A stretch of DNA of 63,964 nucleotides, the filler included, from Syncephalis fuscata S228 (Eukaryota > Fungi > Zoopagomycota): NCBI GenBank assembly GCA_025786725.1. It is 5 parts of 5 records of this genome, joined end to end, with 100 filler letters (N's around TTAATTAATTAA, not from the genome) between each part and the next. Parts side by side here need not be neighbours in the genome. Positions count along the whole stretch, not along the records: positions 24,563 to 50,316 come from JAHLTZ010000116.1; 4 more parts are not named here. One strand, given 5' to 3'. Position numbers and translations under genes: made by a program. The notes under the pieces were generated by a model. That model had not been told where the DNA came from. It saw only the letters and a program-made list of their open reading frames with translations, and made no database searches. Positions 27,421 through 40,400 of the stretch are shown in pieces. Positions within the stretch are counted from its first letter, which is position 1; each line of letters opens with the position of its first letter.

Positions 27421-27859
27421 GATTTACTATATTGTAATAAATGATACACGGCTATGATAAGTTGTTTGCAAAATCAAAGGAAAATAACAAGTATTCGGAA
27501 TGGGCAACTACCGAAAATAGTCAGCTGATATTAATTATAGCGAGTATGATAAAAGTTGTAAACGCAATTTATTTAAGTTGTAATAAACGCTGGTGTGCAG
27601 CATAGTAAGTGTATGACGGATATTTATGATTAATTGTTGTATTTTACATCAGTAGCTGTTGCATGTCAAGCCACTGTTTGCCAGATATGTATATGTTAAA
27701 CAATAGTAAAGTTTATGCACATTATATCGTGCAGTTTTAGTGATCAGTGTATCTAATGTGTTATTATGGCTGATTTGCTATAAATATTGCCATGGCTTTT
27801 GATGCTATCGTTTCATTACAACTATAGCTTGAGCTTGTCCTTTGAAAACAGTACATATG

Positions 27860-29956
27860 TTACTTGTAAGACTTCTCGGTATCAGTGTCACCTGTATGAG
27901 AAGTGCTGTCAACAACAATACTGTGAGGTACATCGGAAAAGCTGGCAAAGTGTTCGTCCGCTGAGCGAACAGGATAGCCTGGTCTGTCAATATCATCGCT
28001 GCTATCCTGGCCGGCGTTCCATTGCAAGAAGCGCGGATAGGTGTTGTTCAACATTAAAGTCGATATTTCGCTGAATGCTGTATCGTATATGCTAACGTGT
28101 GGACTACCGTGCTGCATATCTTTTATAATGTCCTTGCGTGTGTCACTTTCGAGATTCAACTCGTATTCTGCACCCGGAATAATAAATTTGTTGTAAATAG
28201 ATCGAATTTCCCTTTCTATTCGTTTATTCAACGTCATACTGGCAGCATTGGCATCGATTATATTTGATCGATTGCGCCGTGATCCGTTGCCCGATGATGT
28301 TCCACCTTGCTTTTTTTCCTGCAATGCTCGAACTCGACGGACTTTGTCGTAGAAAAGCACGTTTTCCACACTAAAGTCTATAATGGAAAAGACTTTGAAC
28401 TAAAAGCGATGAATTTGCATTAGTTAATGTTATATTGCATTGCTGTCATGGCTTACTTTTTCAAATGAAGACGGGTTGGCTAAAGACTCGGTAAATCCAG
28501 TTGCTGCTTTGGCAAGCTGATCAAGACGGATAGAATCAATAAGCGGGAAAATATTAGTAGCAATATAGCCCATAAATGATGCAATCATCATGCAAGCTGA
28601 AAAGCCGTATGACTGCTTGTCAATGTTTTTGTTTTCAAACATGTTATAAATAAATATAGTAACACTTGCAAGTGCTACTAAAGCGGTGATAACTGAGACC
28701 ATTACCAATTCGTTACGAATATAAAAAGCATCATTTACACTACTTAGCGGAAATATTACCATCCATATCAGTACGCCAACAAAAGCCGCAGGAATTGCAT
28801 ACATAATTAGATATGCTGCCGAATTATAGCAATACACCGCCGTACTTGGAATGATATCTGGAAGTGGAGTTAGAAATAGCTGAATAAGCGCTGTAACTGC
28901 CAAGTTTGCCATCAAAATTATAGCTAATACACGCAGAATAAATTGCGTACGAGCCCAATGTCGGTGTCGATAAATCCACGTAGAAAATTGCTTTTCTGGC
29001 TTTACTGCCAAAAAGTCAAACTGTATATTTTTTGATAATGGTGATTCAGGACTCCATTGAGCTGATTCGTTTGTCTTTGTCCGTCTAAGTGCTTTTGAAG
29101 CAAGCGTATTATCTGTAGCTGCCAATTCGTCGTCATTTTTTGATTTGCAAATTTCATTGGTCTGTGTTTGACAAACAGTGGGAGATGATGGCTGCGACTC
29201 ATCTGTTTGGCTATTTGTGGAAAGCGTATTGCTACTTGTTGGTCGGTTGGTCGAGCAACAGCCGTCCATTTCAACAAGATCAATCTGACTGGTAAACGTT
29301 TCATTTGAATCTAATCTTTCGCTATTTGATGAAGATTTTGTTTTCTTCCTAAGTAGACGTGTTGATGGTGTTGGCTTTAGCCTAACGGTAAAGCTTTTTA
29401 AAAGCAATGTTAAACGTCCAGAATGCCGTTGCAGGTGTTCTCGCGATCTCCACGCCTTGTGCTGTCGACGTCGTTGCTGGCCATATCCTGGTGATGTTAT
29501 ATGTCCCGTTTTTAGACTCATTTTACGCTGGCGTTCACTTTTGATATGTGCTCCCTCCGTGTCTGAATCTGACTCGATCGATAGTCCCGATGTTTCTGAA
29601 AGATTGCGCGTCATTCGATAGCGTGCCTCGCTAACACGATACAAGAAAATCACACGCACTGCTCTGGCAACAATGCTAGCACAGTGTAGAGATGTCGATA
29701 CCGCAAGAATCCATATGTCGACCATGCAATTAATCGGTGTTGTAACAACCAATCGAAGTATTGACAAGCAGATGATTGTATAAAGGGAAAATCCCGATAT
29801 TAACGACAATAGCGCGCCTCGATGTCGTATTCCTGGCAAGTGTCGGTACCTATAAATGAGCGCATTTGGAATGCCCATGATGCACATGAGGCCAGCCACA
29901 ATGCCTATATATAACGCCCAGCCATTATTCGATGGCTCATTATCAGAGTGATCCAT
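27860..29956 (-). CDS. 7TM receptor-RGS fusion protein (GprK/RGS1-like), 2 exons
   Basis: Seven hydrophobic segments and the DAFYIRNEL motif. A short intron joins SFEK|FKVFSIIDFSVENVLFY; then IYNKFIIPGAEYELNL and LMLNNTYPRFL (RGS domain). Confidence 0.92.
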
Positions 29957-31689
29957 TGCCACCTATTAGTTTACTATTATGATTATTATGATTATTATGA
30001 TTAAGTTCTATATTTGATATTGTTGTTTTCTGTGATAGGCGTGCTGATTTAATACGCTAGCATAGGTAAGGTTACACTACTATTAAACGGTAGCAGTAAC
30101 GACCAAAATTGGTGACGCTCTTTTGTTTATGTTGCTTAGCGTTTGAAGTTACAGAAACTGAAAACCAACAACAAATACAGATAGAGTGATATAAACAAAT
30201 AAGCCGGTATAAATAACGAATCAATTAAACGAAATCAAGAATAAGAAAGAGGAACAGAAAGAGCTAGAGGCACATGAGCGACAGACAGACAGAGCAGGTA
30301 GTAAAGCTAAGGTGACCCTTAGGATAATAAAACAGGTTATAGCCTGAATAAACATTGGGCTGGTCAGTAAAAGCATGGAGCAATGCAAAGTGTCAGATTG
30401 CCCTTTTTTCAAATGATTGTGCGGTGGTGGTGTACAAGAATACGCATGGTCGATGGTCGGACGACAGTCAAGTCAAGGTCGGTACGCATGGCAGCGTCCG
30501 TGTAATCAAGCGTAAATCATCACAGTAGCGCTCTATCCGTAACATGCTTAAATGGAGATATTTCATCCAACTTTAAAAGCAGTTGCATAAAACAGCACGC
30601 CATTTTGCTATACTACTTTAAGTAGTGGTAGTCGGGGCAATTGGCACAATCTATATCAGGCATGGTGTGGTTGATGCATTCAATGCAGCATATGCTGCAA
30701 CTAATGCAGTAGATCATAGAATAAAACTGCTATGTATGATTGGATGCACAAAACTCATGCAGCCTTCCTTCGCATTCTGTCTAGAATTCTTTGTCCGTAC
30801 AATAGACACAAGCACATGTGATTATGGCAGCTACTTAATGCATACTAAACTATTAAAGTAACATACCATTGTCGTGCCCTGTCATATTGTTGCGCAAATA
30901 GCCCGACAATGTATGATGTGTGGAATAGGTGGTTCGTGATGGATGGAAACGCTCTTGGAATATATTACAAGCAACCGGTTTGGTGGCCGAGACTTTTTTA
31001 CATTCCGAATGGCCTGATGTATCTATGGTCCAATGTTCTAGCCTTTTAGCTAAAATATCCTATTTGTCTTCATTTACTACGGCCATATGACCTTCATCGA
31101 GTAAATGGTTGTTCTGTAGATGAGGTGCATATTTGACTTGCGAAATCCGGTTGTAATGAACGGTTTTACTAATATTAGTACAGAAATGACCTCATAGACA
31201 ATGCATCACGTCAGGTCTGGACAATTGTATACAAGCCCCAACTTATCCAGCACAAAGCAAGTCTATATTTTTTATGTATATTTGGTAAATACAATAGTGA
31301 TGTCTAGTTGTTATAGATGAATCTAGTATATATATTCTACTATTCTGCACGTACAGCTACAAACATAACCAGCAATCTAGCCAATAAATGGTAATGGTAA
31401 TTTTTTTTATTTTAAATATTAGCATGTTAGAATGCAAATGTCTATACTTGCGCTATATATTTAATAGTAATACCAATGACTTTCTATGATAGTGTTATTG
31501 CAATAATGCATATGTACTATGTACTATTTAATCTTTAGTCTTGAATCCTGACAGTCATTTAATAAATACAATGTGTTAATCGCATAATACACAATATACC
31601 ATTTAACATTATTGTGCTTATCTGTCTTTTATTGCCAATGTATTGACCATTTACTATTATTTGGTGGCTAAATGGCTACATTTAACAAC

Positions 31690-32340
31690 GCTTGTTCTAT
31701 TAAACATGGAATTGGGCGATGAGAAATGTCAGGGTCCAAAATAGTCATCATTATAGATTTACTATCCACTATGCATATATCTAGTACACATGTATCCTTT
31801 ATCCATATATATATATATCGCTTCCATTGTACCTCCATACTACCATAAATATCATTTCATAATATATTAGACACATTCTATTTGTTATATACTTGAGCAT
31901 ATTTTACTTTTTCCATTCATACTCTTACATTCTATAATATCAACACCGCTACTCGTACTCTTTCCATTGTAGATTCAGTCAATGGTATATAATTTTATTA
32001 TGCATTGACTATATGCTATCTAGAGCCGTTTTCCATTTGTCGCTAGCTTTAGTATTTATAAATCTCAACTCATCTCGCTAATTTACTCATCAGTCTATAT
32101 TCACTATAGCTTCAGCATTTCTATTTACCCTTTTTTCATTATATATTCATTCTACCGTATACCATCCTATTGTCTACTAACCACCATCTATTGATGGTCA
32201 CTATTTGCCTACTACTAACTGTATTTATTGTAGATTTCAATTCAGTACACTCATTCATTTATATAAATTATAGCTTCGCCATTATTATTAGCACATCTCT
32301 CTTGTCCACTCATTCTGTTTATGCTTTATTAATAAAATAG
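31690..32340 (-). repeat. Dispersed repeat arm (module A), diverged
   Basis: TTCTATTAAACATGG end and TAGACACATTCTATT internal block, shared with 62971-63240 and with the reverse complement of 2030-2245. Confidence 0.6.
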
Positions 32341-32916
32341 TTATTTATATATCAGTGCACATGTTATAGCCTTAGACAGCAAGGTGTGGTGCAGCTAGTT
32401 AACAGGAATGGCAGCCAATACATAGAGTAATAGCCGCTGTACAGACATTCTACTAAACCACTCCTATTATTCGTACACTTGTTCTATTTATAACAAAGCC
32501 CAGTTACATCTATAAAAGCACTATTGCACGTCTTAATAGCCATAAGGCAATATAGCAGCAACAGCAACAATAACAGCAACAACAGCAACAACAAATGGAC
32601 TAGTCGCATGTTGCTTGTTGGCCACGTTTTACACCACGCGATATAATTTACGCTATAACACCCGCGTGCTAACATAGGTTGTCACTACTACTCAACACTA
32701 AATAGTTGCCACGGTAAACTGGCCACTTTCATATACAGTAACAACGAGCTATTCATATCATGGGGGATGGATGAAGTGCAGCAAGGTGAACGTGACCACT
32801 ACTCTCGCTCTCACTACCACCACCAGTATCTTTTACCTTTATTCATTTCCATCTCTTCATCTATAGTCATTCCTCTAAACACATTGCCTTATTCTACAAC
32901 TACACTATAGCGTATT

Positions 32917-34131
32917 ATGGCCGCGCCAGATTATCGTATTTCTAAAGTGGGCGTTTTATGTAAAGACTGCGGCCAAGATGTAGGTCCATACCCGACGCGA
33001 CATCGTTGTGGTGCATCAGATGCACCGTCACTGTCCTCAACGTCGCGCGATAGCGTTAATAGCAGCGGTCACTCACTGGCCCCGCCTTCACTGGCCCCAC
33101 CGCGACCCGGGCTGCCCGGCCGGTCGAATACCGGTGGCCGATACGGTGGCCGAACAGCCCCGTCGTCAGCTAGCAGTAGTGGCAACACCACCGCAGCAGG
33201 AGGCAGTTCACTAAGAGCCGGTGCCGGCCGCTGGAATCGACTGGCCGGTCAGTCGGCACCCTCTTCAAACCAGCAGGTGCATGGTTCGGGCAGTGGCACC
33301 GAAGACGAAGGACCAAATAGCGGTAATAATACATCGTTATGGGGCAAATTCCGTGCAGCTACTGCTTGGAATAATGATGCATCGGACGCGAGTGGCTCCG
33401 AACGAGGTAAGATAGCCTATAAACGATAGATAATATTTATTTATTAACATTATAACAATAATAACAACAACACCGTTAGGCGATGAAGAAACGGGAGAAG
33501 CAGGACCACCTCAATCAACAAGTTCTGGTAAAAAGCTATGGGGAAAGATTATGGGCAGTGGCGATAATGAAAAGTCTGAAGAACCTGGTAAGCAATTGCC
33601 ATAGAATATACTATATTTAATTAACAACTATTTAACTTTTATATTTTATTAGACTCTGATACATCTGATTATGAAGGCGAATCACATGTTACACGACTAC
33701 TTAAATCATATTATCGTGAAAGATATCCAGAAGCACAATTACCGGGCTGGTTGACACATCCACCACCAGATCTATACCGTCCATTTGGTGGTATGGGCAG
33801 AGAACGACCCGTATCGAGTTCATCATCCTTTTCACCACAACATACGCAAGTACCTATAGGATTTGGGCATGAACACCGACGCAGTCAAGATAATACAAAC
33901 ACCAATACCAGTAGTAATAGTAGGAATAGTGTGGGCAGTGCAAGCAATATGTATGGCCAGTCATCATTGTCACCGACAAATCAGTCCTATGAATCACCTG
34001 CATTGGCGGATTCGGCTAAATATGCGCGTGGATCAAGTGGTACGCTGCCACCCGCTCCATCACGTCGCCCCACTCGACAACGCGTCAATGTACGTCGAGA
34101 TGCAGGTGCCTTCTTCAACGACGATAATTAA
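32917..34131 (+). CDS. Mso1-like protein (Sec1-binding motif) with N-terminal CxxC-x10-HxC, 3 exons
   Basis: Exon 3 starts DSDTSDYEGESHVTRLLKSYYRERYPEAQLPGWL, resembling the Mso1 Sec1-binding segment. Two GT-AG introns link the ORFs at 32917 and 33751. Confidence 0.75.
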
Positions 34132-34496
34132 TACACTTGGGATAAGAAAATGCATCCAATGCCGTTTAGTTCGTTTAGTTTAACCAACCAACTCCTCTCC
34201 AGCTAGTTCATTTAATCACGCGCGCTCTCTTTCTCTCTCTCCTCACCTCCTCCTATTTCTCGTTTGAAGTCAGTATGAAGTAGTATTGTATAATCGTCAT
34301 ACTTTTGATGATCATTGGTATATACGCTAGAAAAGAATAAGCGTTAATACACAAAGACACACTAGAAAATTAAAACATGAATACGTTATTTTTAATCACT
34401 CATTGCCAATAGTAATAATATTAGTAAAGTAATATAGTAGTTAATTATAAAGAAAAAGGTTGATTCAATAATAAATCAATAAATGATAGTGGTGAT

Positions 34497-37400
34497 TTAA
34501 GGCTGTGCCATAATATCGACATAACGATTACGTGCACCGCGTTTCTTCTTGCCGCCTGGTGTTGGAGCTGTAGGGGCTGTAGTGGCCGGTCCAGCTAAAA
34601 GAGAACTTGGTGCTACTGGCATAGGCGGTAAACTACTAGCCGATAAAGATGTACCAGGTGGTGGTGGTGGTGGACCTGATCCAACTGTACTAGTGGATGA
34701 AGGTGGTCCCATAGTCGGTGTTGGTGCACCAGTCGTCGTTGGTGTAGCAAATCGTGTTGACGGTGCCGATGATGACGACGACATAGGCGGTGGTGGTGGT
34801 GGTGGGGGAGGAGCCGTAGCTGCTGCACCCGCCTAATAGAATAACAACAATATAAAAGTAAATAATCATTCTTCTAACAACACCATTAGTAATGACTTAC
34901 CTTTTTATTAACCCATCGTTTTAATTCGGCATCGTAATAGAACTCATTCTCTGCGCCCAATTTAGCCTGTTTAACACTACCCGTACTACTACCCGGCCTG
35001 AATAGACCCCATATCGACCAACCTATAACAAATCGATTAATACTAATATATTAATAGTAATAGTAATTACTTGTACTTACTTCCTTTCTTATCACCATCA
35101 CCACTATTGTTATCGTTATTATTATTATTATTATTACTGTTGTTGTTGTTGGTTGTATTAGTCGGTGCTGGTGTAGATTCTGTTGATGGTGTTGTACCAG
35201 TGTGATTCGATGCATTATCTGCCGTGGGTGCTGGTATCTTTTTACGTAATGAGCTGTTACCCAATCCAAAATCATCATCATCATCGTCATCTCCACCGAT
35301 ATCATTGTTGGCATTATTAGTATAAGTCGATGGTTGATAGCTCGTCGTTGCTGTATCTGTAGTTGATACATCATTAGATGTTGCAGTATTAGTAGCATTC
35401 CACCAAGAAGGTGTATCAGTATTAGTCGTTGAATAAAAGGTAGGCTGTGTGTTCATGGTATTAGCAGTACTGGTGGTGCTGGAATAGAAGGGCACAGCTG
35501 TTGTTACTTCTGATGTATCTTCAGTAGATTGCGTTGTCGTATCAGTTGGATTATACCATGCTGGTGTTGTTGTATTATCGCTCGTCTCCTCTTCCTGAGT
35601 GGTCTCTAAACCAAGACCCATGTTATAGTCACTAGCACTGTTGGTATAAGTAGCATTACTGCCATAATACTGTGGATAAGTGTTGGTGCGTCCTGTATCG
35701 GCCATGGCATTCGATTGACTAACAAGTGGCGAATGAGTCGCTGCAGAATATCTATTTGTATTTTGTTGTTGTTGTTGTTGTTGATAACTAGGTACAGCTT
35801 GTCCCATTGTACTCGAGCGATACATTGCTGTATTTGCATTATAACCGCCATTGCTACCCTGTGAACTACGTCGACTAGCCATACCATGGCCATGAATAGC
35901 TACATCAGCCGATGCACTACGCATTGGAATCATGGCCGGTGAGGCCGGTGTACTATGGAATTGACCACTACTAGCAAATGGACCTGATTCCTTAGTGGGC
36001 ATCATAGGCATACCTTCATCGCCAGCAATAAACTTATTCAAACTATTGTCAATGGCGTTCATTAATGAACCCAGTGTTGGTTTGGGCAATTTAGATAACC
36101 AAGAGGCTGCCGAATCAGCCGCTGTCGATGCACTATTACCACCAGTGGATATAACAATACGTTGATTCACCATTTGTAATTGCTGCATGAAACAGGCATG
36201 GAAATACGGCGATCCTTTAGCGTAGCTCTTAACACAGGCCGCCACCGATTCACAATAACTAAATAGCTATATTAGCGTCGCTTGCACTATACACACACAC
36301 ACACATCTATATAATAATTACCGTAATGCTTCGTGGATGTAACCGGCATCCAATAGTGACCATACATGGGCTAGTTTGTAAGCTTGTAAATGAGGGAATC
36401 CACTCGATGTAGTGGCACTTGATTTCAACGATAATACAAATTCTAGTATTTCTGTCATTCTAATTGCTTCGGTATGCTTGTAGAAAGTGGATTGCTGTTG
36501 GTGATCAGTACCCAATAATACAATTCGGGCACTTGTACCCAATCCATTCATAATCGATACTTGCGGTGACAATAAATAACTAAAACAAAAATATTAATTA
36601 ATAAATATAATAATTGTATATTACTTACCACACATGGGCTGCTTCAATAAGATTTGCTTTACGTAGTGCATCACCTAGTGCTGATAGTGCTTGTTGATCG
36701 TTTGGTGTACGATTAGCAATGAGCATACATAGCATTGACTGCCATCGTGATAGATCCATTGGCGGTGCTTGTCCCATTTGACCTGGTGTCCACACACTAG
36801 TGGATACAGCATTGGCCGTTAATTCAGCGGCTGTCGTAAATTCTGTCGTCTGATGACTAGTCCCATAAATCACTTGATTCACTAAAATGATCTATTAATA
36901 CCATAATGTATATAGCTACTTCTTTCTACTTACCGGCTTCTTTGCCTTGACCAGCTAGTAGGCCATAGAGTAGTCGGAGTGCAGCGGTCGAGGCTGTATC
37001 CCCCAATTGATCTTGTATAAATTGATCAACGGTGGTCTTCCACATATCTTTGCCCACACAACTAGCAATCATAAGAGCGTGAGGCCATAACTTATGCTCA
37101 ATAGCCAGGGCCACTGCTGCTTCTCTGTCACCACGTAACAATAAATATTCAATATCATTTAATCTCTGCATTGAAGCAATGGAAGCAGGTGGTGCCACTT
37201 CAGTAAATACATCTTCTTTACCCGCACCAAGTTGTAACTGTTGACAAAACTCTTTATCAATAGTCTCGTCGCCACTATATATTATATATTAATAACAATC
37301 TACTATAATTATACTATTTTATATTTACCTGCCCGGTGCTACACCATCATGTTCACATAATAGTCGCAGTAGATACCATAGTAGACGTGTACCTTGTCGT

Positions 37401-40400
37401 TGATCATCACTGGCCTCTCTATTCTCTTCTAGCACGGCGAGCTTTTCATCAATCATGGCTAGTACTTCTTTCTTCTTAGCCTTTACGCCTAGTCGGGCAT
37501 CTTGTAATAGTGGCACGGTTGTTGTTTCTACTGTATCTTGTGGTGTCGTTACATAATCACGTAGTGATGCTACTACGATAGGACCTGGTACCACTTTAGT
37601 AATGGGTGTATTTTGATCAGCTACAAATCGCTGTACACTACGTGGAAACATGACCACCATACGACCTATGTTATGTATTATAGTATTAATAAATATTGTC
37701 GCGCTGTTCTATCTACTACTTACCGCCAAATCCAAATGATATTAATGGACAGGGTGGCCGCTGTGTTGGATCCTTGTAACTATTCTGCCCATCAAATGTT
37801 GTCGTATGGCTTGTATCACGCGATGAATAATCAATAGCGGTTGCAGCACTTGTAGATGAATCAGTCATATCATGGTGTTGATACAGTTGCTGTTGCTGCT
37901 GCTGCTGCTGTTGTTGATGATGATGATAGAGTAATAGGCCATCATTACTACAAGCAGTATCTTGGTACATACCATTCATTGAAGTGGTATTGGCCCTGTA
38001 TAACCTTCATCATGTTCTTCAAATAGCGTCGATGATTCACCCGGTAACCTGTTACCAGTAGTGGTGGTATAGGCAGCAACGGATGAGAATTCACTGCCGT
38101 ACATGGACTGAGTGACCATTTCTGTACTGTAGGAATACTGTGAATGTCGACGATCTTGCTGTGTTCTATTGGACATGACACTCGCCGATCTACTTTGATC
38201 AATATCTTCCATGTCCCATGTATTACTGGCAACATCCACGACTGATTGACTATTCACAGTATCAGCTCGTGATGGTGTACGTACATCCGACCATCCTGCC
38301 GACCATGATACAGGCGGCTGTGACTGCATCGAGGCTGTATCCGTCTCTGCTGTTCCCTCCACTAATGATGCAATTGAGTTGATCTGACTTGGATCAATGG
38401 TTTCAAAGGTAGATTGATTCGAGTCAACTGCACCTGATGACGATGAATGGCCAAATATTAGATCATCCAAATCATCTGTACCATGATGGTGATTACTATC
38501 ATTGGTAGATAAAAGCATTTCTGATTGACCTGTACCATAATGTTCATCATGCGTCAACTCGGTATTAAATGTCATTGATGTCGTTGATGGTATATGTTCA
38601 TGAGAGGGTGACATGGTTGATGTATGAGGCACTGTATCACTTGAACTATCATGATGCTGATGGTGGCTATGATCTGGCTCAAATGCTTCATTAGTACTTG
38701 GCTCAGCCACCCATTGATTTAATGTAGCATCAAATCTATATCCAGGATAAGCATTAGGGTCTACAGATGGAATCCATTGTTGTGTTGTATAATCATAAGT
38801 CCAACCTGGATATTCAGTTGATTCAGTAGTCGTTGCTGTATCAGTAACCAGTGCTGTTTCTGTGGCCATTGCTGCTGTCACTTCTTGTGATACTGTTGTT
38901 GTAGCTGTAATTACCTCTGTTGTTGTTGTTGTAGTTACTGCCTCTGTTACTTCTGTTTGATCAATTATCTGTGTGACATAAGATTGATCCATATTATTAT
39001 CAACTATGTTATAATCAGTAGGATAAGAGGACTGTTGTTGATGTTGTTGATATGGTTGCTGCTGCTGCTGCTGTTGTTGTTGTTGATCTGAACTTTGATA
39101 ATCAGCAGTAGATGTATTGCCATATTGTAAATGATCAGTCGAGTATTGAGATGACAAATCTGATTGCGTTGGATAGACTGCACTAGTATAATTGGTATCT
39201 TGTTGTACTGCATATGATTGATCAGTTACAGTTGTTGTGGTTGTTGCGGTTGTATAAGCAGTATTTTGTGAATATGACTGTGCCGTATTCATTTGATTCG
39301 AATAAGATTGATTCGAGTATGATTTATCAGATGAGGGTGGATATTGTGCCGTGGTTGCCATTGTTGTTGCATACGCATTAGCATGTTGAGCTGCTGAATA
39401 TTGTGCATTACTATGGTTGTTCTGTTCATAAACAGTATTGGAATGGACTGAATAAGCTGAATCGGTTTGACTAGGCAGTGGTACAGTAGTAGCATGTTGA
39501 GACATTGAATCATTAGATGTTGATACAGTTGATGTATTATAAGCAGTATCTGTATTATAAGCATTGCCTGCATTGTAAGATGTATCTACATTATAACCAG
39601 TATTGGCTGTATAACCAGTATTCGATGTATTTGCATTATAACCAGTATTCGATATATTTGTATTATATAATCCATTGGATGTATTGGCATAGTTTTGATA
39701 ATTGACATTGCTATTTGTACTTGAATACGAAGATGGACTGGTAACACCATAAGCATTTGATGTAGTCTGTTGCTGTTGCATCTGATGCTGCATCTGATGT
39801 TGTTGCTGTGGTGGTGGTGGTGTTGGTCGATGAGATGTTGTCTTTTTAAAGAAATCCATTGGTGGACCATCATAAGCATAATCATCAGGTGGCGCTGTAG
39901 ATGATGATACTGCTGCTACTACTGGTGGTGGTGCCATTGTACCTGTACCTGTACCTACACTATTAATACTACTAGGAACACCAGGATATGTGGAGGCCAT
40001 AGAGGCACCATAGGGTGTAGAATAGTAATTAGTAGGCGGTACAGTTGAATTGATAGCCTTTGACTTCTTTTTAGTATAAAGTACGGGTGGTCCATCATAG
40101 GCAAAACTATCATCAGTAGTGGCTGGTGCTGGTGCTACTGCTGCCACTGGTGGTGGTATAGCAGCAGAAGAGGCTGTATTCATATAACCTGGATAACTAC
40201 CATAGCCATAACCAGTACTAGTAGTACTAGTAGTAGTAGTAGTAGTAGATCCATAATAATTAGTCGATGTAGTAGGTGCATATCCACTATAGGCTGTACT
40301 AGCTGCTGTATTCATGGTTTGATTTGCTGTATAGCTAGATGTTGAATAGTCTACAGCCGTATTACTCGTATATTGACTAGTCGTATTAGCTGTAGTTGCA

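Noticed and set aside
37940-38000. Programmed frameshift or readthrough in SEC16 (also at ~42080 and ~23810)
   Set aside because: The breaks lie at or near short homopolymers in several unrelated genes, so indel errors or unresolved introns are more parsimonious. No slippery site with downstream structure was seen.
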